This document shows positions 12,436-24,446 of a stretch of 55,007 nt of DNA, piece by piece. The stretch lies in assembly GCA_004431415.1 (NCBI GenBank), contig QPMI01000334.1, positions 1-55,007 on the forward strand. Direction: 5' to 3'. Source of the DNA: Cyanophora paradoxa CCMP329 (Eukaryota; Plantae; Glaucophyta). Made by a program: the position numbers and the translations under genes. The notes under the pieces are model-generated. The model was given only the letters and a program-made list of their open reading frames with translations, did no database searches and was not told the origin of the DNA. Position 1 is the stretch's first letter. Each line of letters begins with the position of its first letter.

Positions 12436-13529
12436 TCAGGCGAACACCATATAGTTGGCGGTGTCGGTGCAAAGGGCGTAGCAGGAGATGGAGTCGATGA
12501 GCCACTTGGAGGTGACGATGGGTGCGGTCTTGAAGAGCTCCTGTACTTGCAATTGGGGCCCCAGCTGGAAGGGCCGCAGCAGCTCCTCGGTATCCACAGC
12601 GCCCTCAGCCCGCACCGTTTCCCGGGACCGTACAATGTAAGCAGCCATCACTGCCGTTTGCGCCGAGTGGCATAGGTCCCCGGGGCATTGACACTGCAGT
12701 ATGCAGCCCGTGGCATAGGTCTCATTGCCTGCAAGATGCAGGACTGAGCCACCCGCGCCCTCAATTAGTTCGACGAGGCTCTTCCACGGGGGTTCGTTCT
12801 CCTTGTTGACCAGGTCTTCGAACGCGCCCCACAAGCAGAACAGAAGCCCGTCGAAGAGCCGCGGCCGCTGCGCCCTGTGTGAGGCAGGCGCGGAGCGGCG
12901 GTGGCGCGGAGCGGACCCCGGCGACCCGATCGGCACGGGAGCGGGCAGGGGCGTCGGTCTGCTGCTTGACGCTGTCGCCCAGCAGCTGGTAGGACTCCTC
13001 GGGCTTCCAGCAGTTCTCCTTGAGGCTTGCCCGGACCCCTGCGGCGCCGCGCCGTGTCGGCGGAGGCGGGGGGGCTAGGGCGGGGCAGGGTGCACAGCCA
13101 TAAGAGACGACGTGGATGCCGCGGGCGACGCCATTGAGGTACCCCGCGGTGCGCGTGCAGAGGCCATCGCGTATCTCGCGCGCCACTAGGTGCGTCACAC
13201 CCTCACTCCACGCTTCAGTCAGCACCGCCCCGCCCAGCTTCGCCACCGCCCGCTTCAGCAAGCTCTGCCGGCGCGGCATGAGCGTCAAGGAATGGGACCG
13301 AGGTGTGCACTCGGGGTGGCGGCACCATCTTGTTCGTGTGAACGGTGCTGGCGAAGATTTTGCGAGTGACGGGTGCAGGGTCCGAGCGCTGGCCTATGTT
13401 GACGGCATGTGTTGAAAAGGGAACTGGGATGGGGGGGGGCGGATGCATGCTTACACTCATGCTTAGGCCTTTTCTTCGAGATGTCGCTGTCACCCTGTAC
13501 TCCGGCCCGCTTTGCCTCGCCCTTGCCAT
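12436..13529 (-). CDS. Tandem BRCT-repeat protein (BRCA1/BARD1-type C-terminus)
   Basis: BRCT1: KLGGAVLTEAWSEGVTHLV...CTRTAGYLNGVARGIHVVSY...VRASLKENCWKPEESY. BRCT2: PRLFDGLLFCLWGAF...LVELIEGAGGSVL...PIVTSKWLIDSISCY. The 5' end is uncertain and may join 13600-15459. Confidence 0.88.
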
Positions 13530-13599
13530 CTCCCGCTGTGACGAACGATCGATGAAAGTTCAGAGATTGAAATACTGCATTCTAATTTCTCATCTCTTC

Positions 13600-15459
13600 G
13601 AGAGTAGAGATTATTTTAGAGATCAATAAACGAAAGGAGCTCGTACAAGAGTTCGTGGAGCTTGAGAAGATGACAGGTGTGGAGGGTGACACTGAAGGGG
13701 AGGGGACAGGCCGAGAAGAAGAGCTCTCGTGGGGTGAGGGTGTGGACCACGGGGATGGGAGAGAGGGCTTGAGTGGCAGAGATGGAAGACCTGTCCCTGT
13801 CGCTTTGCTGTCACGAGGTCAAGTAGCTCAAGCAACAGGGCGCGGAAAGGACCTTGGGATGCCATCTCAAAATCAAGCTGGGAAGATGGATACTCTTTAC
13901 TGGAGTAGGACCTGATAGCAGCGTGCAGGGGCGAAGCGTTGGTGAAACATCCTTGTGTCCCTGCAAATGAGGATAAGCCAGGTTTGAGCCACTCGGGCCA
14001 TTTTGAAAGGCTCTCGCCGCTGTTGAGGCCCGGTTCAGAGGGAGAAATCGAAGAAGTCTTGGAAGCAAGGACGAGACGCAAGGGAGGGAAGTCGTCAGAA
14101 GTCATCTTCAGAATAGAGGCATTGGGACGGAGCACTGCGTGATATTCAGTTGGCTATAGAAATGGTAAATTGCGAGATGCTGCCTCCTCACACCAGCTGG
14201 TGAAGATGCATTTGCTACCACCTGCTGACAAATGTTCTTGAGGTATTGATGGCCGCCTGCTGCCTTTTAGAAAGAAACGGGGAAAGACGAAATTGAAGGG
14301 TCTCACGAGGTGATTGTAACTCCGGCTGGGTCTCCTCATCTTGTTCCATACCTTGTTGAAACAAATTTCCTGCAAATTAACATTCAAGAATCTTCTAATT
14401 TCCCCTTAGCCTGCATCTCATGTGCACTTGGCTTTTGAGCGTGACATGTGGGGGTTTCTGCGACTCAGGATGTCAGGAGGTAGAGCTGCCGTGCGTGCCG
14501 GGGAGCCGTACTCACCCTGGACCTTGTCGGAAGAGGCGCAAGAAGAAGCACAAGAAGAAGAACGCCGAACTCCCTCCGGCTGGGTCTCCTCCTCTTCTCT
14601 CATGCGGAGGGAGGCCGCGGGTAGCGGCATCCCCCCCTCAGAAGCGGGCCTCGGGTTTGAAGGCTCTGCAAAAGTTTCAATCCCACTCACAAATTCTCCA
14701 ATAGCCACTCAGCCTGCATCTCGTGCGTACTTGGATTACGATAAAGGTTGAGGTCGTATTCTGCGACTCACGATGTCAACAGGGGGATATGTCCGAGACA
14801 GGAAGCCAGGACTTTCTCGCCCTTGAAACAAGGCCCACCTTCATGTACGGAGCAGGTAGCCGAGTGAACTGAAGAAACATGTTAGTTCGCAGAATCTGCG
14901 ATGGGCATCTGAATGCCACGCACGATCCTTCAAATAGCCACCCATCCTGGTGTCACAGGCTTCCAGGTCCTCATGATCAATGTCCTCCCCTTGCAGGATC
15001 TTCTGAACGACACTCTGCAACTTCACAATGATAGAATAGCCCTCGAAATCCACCCTAGCAGGCATGGCATGCCCCGCCTGCCTCGCTTTGTCAAGCATTG
15101 CGATGAGTTCGTCATGCTGCAACTCGATTAGCGGCGTCCGGCCCGCGCACGCAACGTGAACGAACGGTCTTGATTTCGTAGCGCTCGAAGTCTTCGATGA
15201 GGATCCTTAAGCCGGCGTTCACTGAGCGTCCGCCGGTAACGCTCAGAAAACGATCGTGATGTTTCTCCGTGATTTTCACCCTGCCACTCATCAAGCGTAT
15301 GTCAGCGTGCATGAAGTGAGTGCCAAAAGTAACGGACTGCCGGTCAACAGTCTTGGCGCTGCGGTCACCCTGCTTGAAGCGATCGTGGGCGTTTCGCAGG
15401 TAGATGTCCGGTTCGGGGCCGGGCTTCTTCTTTACGGAGCTCTTCCTATCCTTTGCCAT
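13600..15459 (-). CDS. Multi-exon hypothetical protein with SQ/TQ motifs, possibly the N-terminal part of the BRCT gene
   Basis: Exons MAKDRKSSVKKKPGPEPDIY...FERYEIKT and LQHDELIAMLDKARQ...GGYLKD, then low-complexity exons with EEETQPE, DEETQPE, SSQ and MASQ. Confidence 0.5.
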
Positions 15460-15775
15460 GCTGCACTTGTGCGTGTACGCGCGCAGAACCAGTGCCGCGG
15501 GGCCGCTGGAAGCTATGAGTGCACATCAAGGACGTGAAGGCGCATGCGCAAAGTGGGGCTTGCTGGGAGCGGGCACGCGGAAGGACCGTAACGCGAGGCA
15601 GCTCCTGCACGCACGCGAGGCTGGTGCTGCAAGACGTTTGCCGAAAGGAGTTGTACCCCACCAGGCCAGAACAGTGAGAACGCTGAGGTCTGTGGACACT
15701 GAGGTCCGATCTAGCTCTATCACTATCTCTCACTTTCTTACTATCTCTATCTCACTGGCCCGACCAGCTCTCCCT

Positions 15776-15876
15776 GAACGCTCAGCCTTTTCAAGAAAGA
15801 AGAGGTTTCAACAGATGACTAACCTACACGAAAAGGGCTGATCATGAGCTACACGGTTCTTGTTCTTGAAAAAAGA
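15776..15876 (+). repeat. ~100 bp direct repeat, copy 2
   Basis: Matches 9646-9748 and abuts the 698 bp repeat. Confidence 0.95.
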
Positions 15877-15877
15877 T

Positions 15878-16875
15878 TGCCGCGCATTATTTCGCAGGGC
15901 GAGTCGCCATAATTTTTGGAGGGCTTTTTGGGGCCTTCCCGCGCTCCAGGGCGGGCGAGTGGAAGCCTGGCAGCCGGTAGTCACGTTCAGACCCTATCTG
16001 AGCCGCTACTGAATGACTCGCATCCGTCGGAATTGGCGCCAGAGAGGCACGGGCGGATTCGGAATCGGCTCTCAAAATTGATCCCGGGAAGAACCCCATT
16101 AGGGAGTCGTTCTCCCCCGGCGCAGCGCCCGGGCGCCGTAAGCTTCGAGACAAATACTCTGCATGTACATCCAAGGGCACTGAAATTGTTTCAGGGCGCT
16201 CGTAGGTGCCACTAAGTCATTAACATTTGATGAAAGGTGCAGACTCATGATCACGTGCAAAAAATTGCAAGCTCGCCGCGCCAAGCTTAGAGGCACCAAT
16301 GAGCCTGTCGGAACGTCAGATTCGGATTCCTCGCCTTCAAAATGGGCGGGGTGCAAAATGTGGGTCAGTCGCGGGCCGGGACGACGCGGCGGCATCAGGT
16401 AGAGGGCGCTCTTGGAGCCTGCCAGCCTGCCCCCGAAGGGCCTAATCGGCAAATACCACCAAGGAAAGCATCTTATCCGACAAGTTAGATCCGGGCGTGG
16501 GGGCGGCCCCAGGGGTTCTCGAGGGTGCCGGATTTGATTCCAAGGTCGTCCAAGGCCGAAAGTCAGCCCGTAGCGCGCCGCGCATTATTTCGCAGGGCGA
16601 GTCGCCATAATTTTTGGAGGGCTTTTTGGGGCCTTCCCGCGCTCCAGGGCGGGCGAGTGGAAGCCCGGCAAGCGGTAGTCACGTTCAGACCCTATCTGAG
16701 CCGCTACTGAATGACTCGCATCCGTCGGAATTGGCGCCAGAGAGGCACGGGTGGATTCGGAATCGGCTCTCAAAATTGATCCCGGGAAGAACCCCATTAG
16801 GGAGTCGTTCTCCCCCGGCACAGCGCCCGGGCGCCGTAAGCTTCGAGACAAATACTCTGCATGTACATGTACATC
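15878..16875 (+). repeat. Tandem repeat, 698 bp period (~1.4 copies), same family as the palindrome spacer
   Basis: GCCGCGCATTAT..TCGCAGGGCGAGTCGCC at ~15879 and ~16577. Duplicate ORFs 15887 and 16585. Confidence 0.95.
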
Positions 16876-16906
16876 CGAGAGCACTGAAAAAACATCGAGG
16901 GCAATC

Positions 16907-19720
16907 CTACATCCGTGTGTTTGGAGAGGCGCCCTCGGAGTTGACCTTGAGGTTGTTCCCCAGCGTCAGCACGATGCAGTATCTGCCGGAAAAGGGTAGG
17001 CCCGGAGTGATCATGAGCTTGCGAGGCGCCGCTGCGGCCGCTGCGGCGGCCACGGGGCGAGCCCAGCGCACCGCCCCTCCGTGTCGTCGTCCTCCACCAC
17101 GCCGTGCTTCAGGAAGTGGCCCTGCCGAAAGACAAAGCGTGGGCCGCCGCCGACCTCCCCGGACGGAGCCAGAGGCGTGGCCGTGCGTGGGTGCGCACCC
17201 GAATGAAAACGACGTCGCCATGGCGGAGCTCGACGGAGATGCCGATCGCTGGGAAAAGGAGGCGGTGCAGGCGCTGGTCGCAGTCGCCGTCGGGGTGGAA
17301 GTAGATGAGAGCCGCGTACCCCTCTCGCGCATCGTTCTCGTCGCAGTGCGGATCCGTAATCCTGCGCCGGGGGAAAACGTCGGCAGCTTGTGGGCCGACC
17401 GGGGCCGGACAGGGGTACGGAGGGGCGGAGGTCGGTGGCGGGGGGCGGCTCACTTGTCCGGCCCGTTCATCCACTGCATCGCCCAGAAACCTGCACACGC
17501 ACGGATGAGGGGGAGCCCGGCCGCGCCCCCCGGCCCCGCCACCCCCCGAGGGCGGCCCGGCGGCGCACCGTAGTTGTACGGCTGCTGCTCGAGCAGCCGC
17601 AAGCTGATCTGGGCCATCTGGCAGGCGGCCCTCAGGTTAACAATGCTGAAGGCCGCGATGAGGTACTCCAGCAGCCCCGCGAGGTACCAGTTGAAGAGGT
17701 GCAGGCGCCGGTTCGCGTTCGTATCCCGCCCAAACTGCTTGTTGATAACCACCTGAGGTGCGCGTGAGCGCGGGCTTTCTGGCGCGCGGGGGCTGGGGGT
17801 CGGAAATCGCGGTGGGCAACGGGCGGGCGCACCGGCGTCGGGACCGTGGCGCTGAGGCGCTGGCAGCCCGTGGTGACCCGATCGCCGCGCCCCCCCTCCT
17901 GCTCCTCCGTGCCGCGCCCGCGCCCCCCCTTCTTCTTCTTCTTGGGCTTGGGCTTCTCTTCGGCCTGCGCGAGCCAGCCCTCGCGCTCGAGCTCCGCCAG
18001 CTTGGCCCGCATGACGTCGAGGCTGCCCGTCTCCAGTGCCACCTTGGCGGCCTCGTCCGCAGCGTCCAGCAGCACCTGATCCTGCACGCGTGACCGACCC
18101 ACTCCATCAGCATCGCGTCCGCCCGGCGGCGGGGACTGCGGGGTAGCGGCCGGGCAGAGGCGGGGGAGGAGGGCGCGGGGGCGGCGCACCAGCTCGGCGT
18201 TCTCGTGCGGCGTCCCCTTGGAAGCAAAGGGCATCGCCACCGAGCCGCAGGCAACGACGGCCGCGATGCGCTTGATGGCGATGCCCTCCGCATCCCAGAA
18301 GAGGTCGGGCAGGTGGGCGGCGGCAAGCTCGCCGCCGAGGACGAGGCGAGTGAACGTCCCGCGCCCCATCACCGCGTCGTGCTTCCGCTCCTCCCTCCCC
18401 GGCAAGCCGGGCGGGAGGGGCTCCAGGCCGTGGCAGAGGGCGCCCTGCGTGCCGGGAGCTCGACGGGGGCGCGCGTGGGGCGCGCGGAGGGCGTGCGGGG
18501 GGGCGGGCAGGACGGACCTGGGCCCGCAGGATCTCTTGGATGAAGCGCGTGTCCACCTCGCCGCCGCCGGGGAGGTTGCAGCTGAGCACGAGCGTCTGCG
18601 GGGGCGACAAGGCGCGCTTTGCCACCACGACCGTGTGCAGGGGCCCCTGCGGGTTGTCGAGAAAGGCCCCTTGCAGGGCGCACAGCGCCCACTCGGCGAC
18701 GGGGCGCGGCTCGAGCCTCTGCCCCGACCGCAGCTGCAGCTCGGAGCCGTAGAGCTCGGCCTCGCGCGCCGGGGGCCCGAGCATCCCCGGGGGTACGATC
18801 CCGCGAGGCAGCTGCGGAGAGGGAGGCGCGTTCATGCCGGGGCGGCAGCGGGCGGGCAAGAGGGGCCGTCTCGCACGTAGATCGTCTTGCCGTCCCAGCG
18901 GTGGGCCCCGAAGGACGGGAACCCGTAGGTGTACCGCGCCAGGAGTGCAGCCTTGGCGAACGGATCTGCGGCAGGGCGTAGGGCGGGCTGCATCGCTGCG
19001 AGCGCGGGGTGAGGAGGGGCAGGCGGACTCTTTGTGTAGAGGGGGCACGCCGGGCCCGGGAGCGCGTTTGACGCGCGCCTCTGCCCGCCGACCGCCAGCC
19101 CCGCCGCGCGTTTCTCGTTGCGCTGCCTCTCGGCCTCAGCGCGCCGCGCCGCCGCCGCCGGGTCGGCCGCGAGCGCCTCTGCCGCGGCGGCGCACAGGGC
19201 CGCGTCGCCCGCGCCGTCTGCCGACGCGGCGGCGGCCCCGGGCGGCTCCTGCGGCAGCTCCTGCTGCCGACGCTCGCCCCTGCGCGGGCGGACGCGCCGC
19301 GGGGCCGCCTCCGCCTCTTCCCGGCCCGGCCGACCGCCGGGGCCGGGGCCTGCGCAGCGCCGGACGGCTCCGGCTCCCCGGCCAAGGCCGCCTGCGCGTT
19401 CTCGCGCATCCACTTCTGCAAGGCCTGCGAGGCAATGCCGCGGAGCCTGGCGGCCGCCTTTCTCGCAGCCTTGGTAGCCTTGGCCAGCTCCGTCAGCCGG
19501 ATCGACTCCAGCCCCGTGCGCACAAGCATGCCGACGCACGAGCCGCCGGGCCCGCCGCCCGGCATGATCTTCGGACGTGAGCTTTACCTGCGGATTCAAA
19601 GGCGAGGCGTTGGCGCGGGCGGCCGCAGGGCTTGAGCGAGTGGCGGCGAGCTTTCGATATCGGTCGCGTGGCGCGTGGACCGCTCCGCGCACCTCTTCTC
19701 CGCCGCACCTAGAGCCCTAG
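16907..19720 (-). CDS. TET/JBP-like 2-oxoglutarate/Fe(II) dioxygenase (catalytic domain ~16907-17760) with a long GC-rich N-terminal region
   Basis: In-phase splicing gives ...YNYG-FWAMQWMNGPDK-ITDPHCDENDAREGYAALIYFH...LLFPAIGISVELRHGDVVFIR-GHFLKHGVVEDDDTEGR-YCIVLTL. This supplies HxD (17340-17348), the distal His (17104-17106) and the 2OG-binding Arg. Upstream exon connectivity and start are uncertain. Confidence 0.8.
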
Positions 19721-20026
19721 ATGAGCCAGCGGGCGTCTGCGGTGCGCCCGCAGCCGCCGGGTCTGTTGCTGCGGTGAACCGAGTTCCGTCGCGGACTCGC
19801 AGCTCGCCGAAAAACGTGACGGGTTTTGCTGGTGCCGAATCGAAAGGTGGTCAGGTTTTCACGCGACTGTCGCGACGTTGAGCCCGACTACTCGGCTTTG
19901 ATCGTCGCCACAGGGATTCTTCGCGGGTATACGTACCCCCCAGGCCACCCCGCCACCCGTCACCCGGGCCACCCGGCCCCCGGGTCACCGGTTGCAGCTG
20001 CGAGTCCCGCGAGCCGCCGGCGAGCG

Positions 20027-21342
20027 ATGAAAGTCCCGCGAGCCGCTGCTAACTTGTCGTCTGAGGCGAAGCGAGCGATGACAGTCCAAGATGATCGACG
20101 CAGAGCGGGCGGGGACGTCCTTGAGCGCTTGGAGCGATTGGCCAGGAAGAAGGAGCGGGATAGGGAGGAGAAGAAGCGGCGGCGTCTCACCAAACTCCCT
20201 TCGTCGGCTCAAGCTCCGCAGCTGCCGGCTCAGACGCGGAGTGAGTCCTGTCAGAGCAGCGTAGCGCTGATTCGCAGCGCAGCCCAGCGCGAGCACTCGC
20301 CGGCATCGCTCGAGCAGGAGCGCCATCGGCCTAAGGTGCACGCTTTTGCAAAGCCGTGGGAGCTCCTTCTTTCTCACTTTTATTGCAACTCAGAGGCAAC
20401 GTCTCTGTGCGTGCGGCGCCGAAATCCGTATTGCGTATTGGCCGTACGGGTATTTCGGGTATTGCTGGATCGGCTGTATCACCACAGTAGCTGCCCCACA
20501 CTGCGTCGACTGTGCGCTGAAAAGCTTCGAGGCGAAAAGCTTCGCCAGCGCCCAACAAATCAGCGCCAACCACGCCCCGCCCACCGCCTCGGCGCCGTTC
20601 GCAAACCACGCACGAGCTCCAGCTCTGCCCGCCCTCTCCGCCGCTCCCCTTGCCACTGCCCGGGGTGCCCGTGCAGTTCTGCCCCCACCGCCCGTTGCAG
20701 CTGCGGGTGTATCCCTTCGTCGGTTCTTCCTGTCATAGCCCTGTATATGTCTGTGCCGCCTTCTGCAGCTTTTCAACCTTTTCAACCTTTCAACCTTTTT
20801 AGATAGCTTCAACATTTTAGGATTAGTTTCCCTTTCATGTGCAGCTTTCGCTTGTAGCCTGTCTGGGGAGACAGCTATCTATGCCTTTGCGAGGGGGACA
20901 GCTCTCTATGCCATGTTCAGTTCTTCGGCTACGACTTTTGTTTCAATTGCAAAGATTTCATAGTCGCTACCAAGTTCGACTGTCTATGAGTTAACGTTAA
21001 CCAGTGCAAGGACGAGCGATTGCGTGGACACTGCCTCCGGTTCCCAAAGCATACCCAGTGTATATGACTGATTCCAAAAGCATGCTCAGCATGATCAGTA
21101 GCATTATAAACGAGCTTGATACTAATCAATTTAATATTCAGCGACTGGACATGGGTGGGGCTGCGGGGGTGGCCGCAGGGGGGGGGGGGGGGGTTCAAGC
21201 CCGTTCCGAAACAAAAGTCAACGAGCTCGAGCCCCTGCATCTGGCGCTGCCCGCGTCGCGTCTCGACGCGGCGTCGCTAGTTGCGTGCGCCGAGCATCTG
21301 TTGCGCTTTGAGATAGCAGCTGCACAGCACTGGCGACACTGA
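20027..21342 (+). CDS. Hypothetical basic/coiled-coil protein, possibly degenerate
   Basis: MKVPRAAANLSSEAKRAM...RKKERDREEKKRRRL (NLS-like) and later exon-like pieces YMTDSKSMLSMISSIINELDTNQF and ELEPLHLALPASRLDAASLV. Confidence 0.35.
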
Positions 21343-21872
21343 ACAGCTCGAACAGCTTTTTACCAGGACTGACCAATACTGGCTGTCTCAGTGTGTCTTC
21401 CCCTCGCGGATTGGGCAGTGCTGCTCCGCTGAATCCACGCACACCAGGTCGAACGGAATCGTCGGATCTCACCGGCAAGACTTGGATCAGCACGACTTGA
21501 CAGGTGCACGGGCCGCCAGCTAGCTTTACGTTAGCTTAGCAATTAGCGCTCACCGTAGAACCATTAAACGCGCCGCTGCGCCCTCGCGCTCTCGTGCATT
21601 CGCAGCCGACTCTCCCGCTGCAGCCCGCAGGTGCTTCGGAGGCCGGCAGCCCCCTCGGGTGGTCCGCACTACCCCCGATGCGCGAGCATCGTAGGCCTTA
21701 CATCCCCGCTTTGTGCAGGCTGTTCATCCTCGGTGTTCGGGTTCGCCGCCCATCGCACGCGCATTCCGCACGACGCTTGCCCGCTTTGCCCCCTTCGCGT
21801 CTTCCATTTTGCGGGGTTGGTCTTGTGGTTCGTGGCTGAGCGTACGCGTCGCGCAGAGCTAGTCGCCCCGGG

Positions 21873-23247
21873 ATGAGTTCGTTCGACGATGCGCAAGTTC
21901 CTGTTGGCCAGTGCAGCATGGCCGACAGTGCCCACGCGAACGGTCCGCCGCCAGATCCAAGCTCAAGCATAGCGCTTCTTGGACCGCTGCGAGCACCGCT
22001 ACTATCACCGCAAGAGCTAAATCAATCTCTGCGTGACAAACACGGCGACGTGCGCTTTGGTTAATCGTTCTTTAGTTCCACCTGATCCTGCGCAGACCAA
22101 GATAAATGCTCTGCCGGACGAGCTGCTTGTCGGTATCTTGAAGGAGGCGTGCAGATTCGTTGAGGATGAAGATGACCGCACCGACCTGCTGCTGCGGCAC
22201 CCAAGCGCGGTGTGCCAGCATTGGCGGAATCTGGTGTCACAGGTGGTGGTGTCGCGGGCGTATATGGCCGTAAAGATTGCATCTCCGGTGGCGGAGCGTT
22301 TCCGGATGCAGGCTCCAGAAGCCATTGAAAAGTTGGTGGACGCGGCGCTGACGAGTGCGTTCGAACGGGTGGCGTCCGCAAGGATCGCGGATCTAAACGT
22401 CATCGAGGATCTAAAGGTCTCGATCTCCCTGAAGGTACAGAAGACAGCGCGCCACAGCGCAAGCTCGCATCGCTGCGCGCTGACCTCGTATGCAGTCAGA
22501 ATGCATGGCTGCACACACTCGTCCTGCAGGTCGTCTTCCTGAGATTGGCATGACCTTGGAGCCATTCCTCGCCTTCCCCCATTTGCACACCCTCCGACTG
22601 GGGGCGTTCAAGCACTATGTCAATCTGAGCATCACGAGCAAGTGCTTGCCCATGTATGCCCAGCTCTCCTGCCTCGATCTGCACGCGGACGATGGCTTCG
22701 GATTCAGCTGTGAACGTCGCCCACAGCTCGTGCTCGACGCAATCTCTTTTGAAGACCTGTTAAGCAAGGGGCGGCCTTTTTCAGAACTGCAAGCAACTGT
22801 CAGCTATCCATACAGCATTGAATTCCACGACGACTTTGTCCGCGACATACTCTCCATATTCGACCGCAGCTCTGCAGAATATGACAGGGTGAAGGACATC
22901 CAGCAGCTGTACCTGCAAATTCTCTTGATGTCGGGTGGCGAGCTCTCTCCCGATGATTTCCTACCTTTGGCCTGCCTTCCTCTCCGGGGTGGGCCCCGCT
23001 AGCGCTGTCCCCGCCCAGCCATGCAGCTTCTTGTCAAGCTCACTCGTGATCAATTGCAGCCCTCACTTTCGACGTCAGCGTTGACCCTCAATATGTCAAG
23101 GAAGCAGTGGTGACACGTCCAGTATCGTACTCTCTTGCATCCATCGCCGGCAAGCTCACATGGCTTGAACACCTTTCTCTGTTCGCCCCGAGCCTTGTTG
23201 ACCCCAGCTCCATCGGCCAGATAACAAGCCTCAAGTGTGCGTGCAAG

Positions 23248-23304
<57 letters not shown>

Positions 23305-24446
23305 TTCTGATGCACAATGATGCGCAGCTCTATCGCTGACAAGCGGGCAGTGTTCTTTCGAGAATCAGGCTGGAGCACGTGCAATCGATCTGTCCTTCTT
23401 GGGGCAACTTACTCAGCTGGTGTCGCTGGAGCTTACCTTCGTCCCTGGGACTATTCTGGAGCAGCTCGAGCTGCTCCAGCCTCGCCTTCGTTGCCTCCAT
23501 CTCGTCGGGTACGGCGTAGACCCTGAGGACCATATTGCTTTTGCCGAAGTCATCACCGGCTTCACATTGCTAGAGGCAAGGGCACCCCTAGCCTTGAATT
23601 AAGCAGGTTGCCTTGACCTAGCCTTGAATTAATCTTAATCGCAGGTTCTAAAGCTCGAGTTCAGTAACTTCTCGTTCCTGCCGTTCCTAGAATGGAGATC
23701 CTTCAAGAATGTCCACACATTGCTTCTGGGCTCCACTGGCTGCAATTGCAGCCCTTTCTCGGAACATTTGCTCATGGTTCGGGCCATCCTGTCGTTGATG
23801 TGCCCCCCCCCCCCCTCTCTTCTAATTCGACTGCAGGAAATTTCACTGTACCTGGGGCGGCTGCGGGATCTGAGCCTGTCTGGAAGTGCTTTCGAGATGC
23901 CTCTCCCATTGCACCAGGAAACAGTTGACCGCCTCAAAAACCGCCACCTCCGCCGCCTTCGGGCAGCAGTTGTGGACAAGTTCAACGAGGAGCGCAATCA
24001 TCAGCGGCACTCCAGCCTTCGCCTCACTCATCCCCCTCGATATCCAGAATTTCACGAAGTGCTGCAGGTTCGTGTCCTGATATCATGGGACCCCATCGTG
24101 TTCAATTAGACTTGACCCTGATCAGGGCACGGAGGCTCTTCTCGAACTCAAAATTGAGCAACCACACCCCTTCGTCAAAGCTTCTTCTCGTTACCGCAGA
24201 TATCCACGGACAGAAGCATACACATATCGCATATCTGCCAATGCAGCAGCAGCGGCAGCGGTGGCGGCGAAGGAGGAAAGAAATGCGGACCTCATGTCTC
24301 CCAGTATGCCCCTCCCGTCCTCCTCTGGCCCTCCTGTGGAGCCCCCCGCTCCGCCCCTAGTGCTCCCCATGTCTGCCCCCTCGGCCCGCCCCACTCGCCC
24401 ATACAGGCCTCCGGGGGGGCCTGTTTACCCGGCCCCCGAGATGTAA
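21873..24446 (+). CDS. F-box/LRR protein with Pro-rich tail
   Basis: F-box INALPDELLVGIL...SAVCQHWRNLV. LRR-like segments FPHLHTLRL, LTWLEHLSL, LTQLVSLEL, LRCLHLV, LRDLSLSG. In-phase introns, e.g. 22435-22495 and ~24068-24125. Confidence 0.85.
23249..23301. repeat. (CT)n microsatellite in an intron
   Basis: Pure CT run. Confidence 0.98.

Noticed and set aside
12436-13529. Assigning the symbol BRCA1 or BARD1 (and likewise SUV39 or TET elsewhere)
   Set aside because: Only domain-level similarity. RING, ankyrin and pre-SET parts were not seen and orthology is untested.
9748-20815. AAGGTTGAAA repeats (9748-9815) versus TTTCAACCTT repeats (20770-20800) as inverted element ends
   Set aside because: Only a 10 bp low-complexity motif, with no extended inverted match or target-site duplication.
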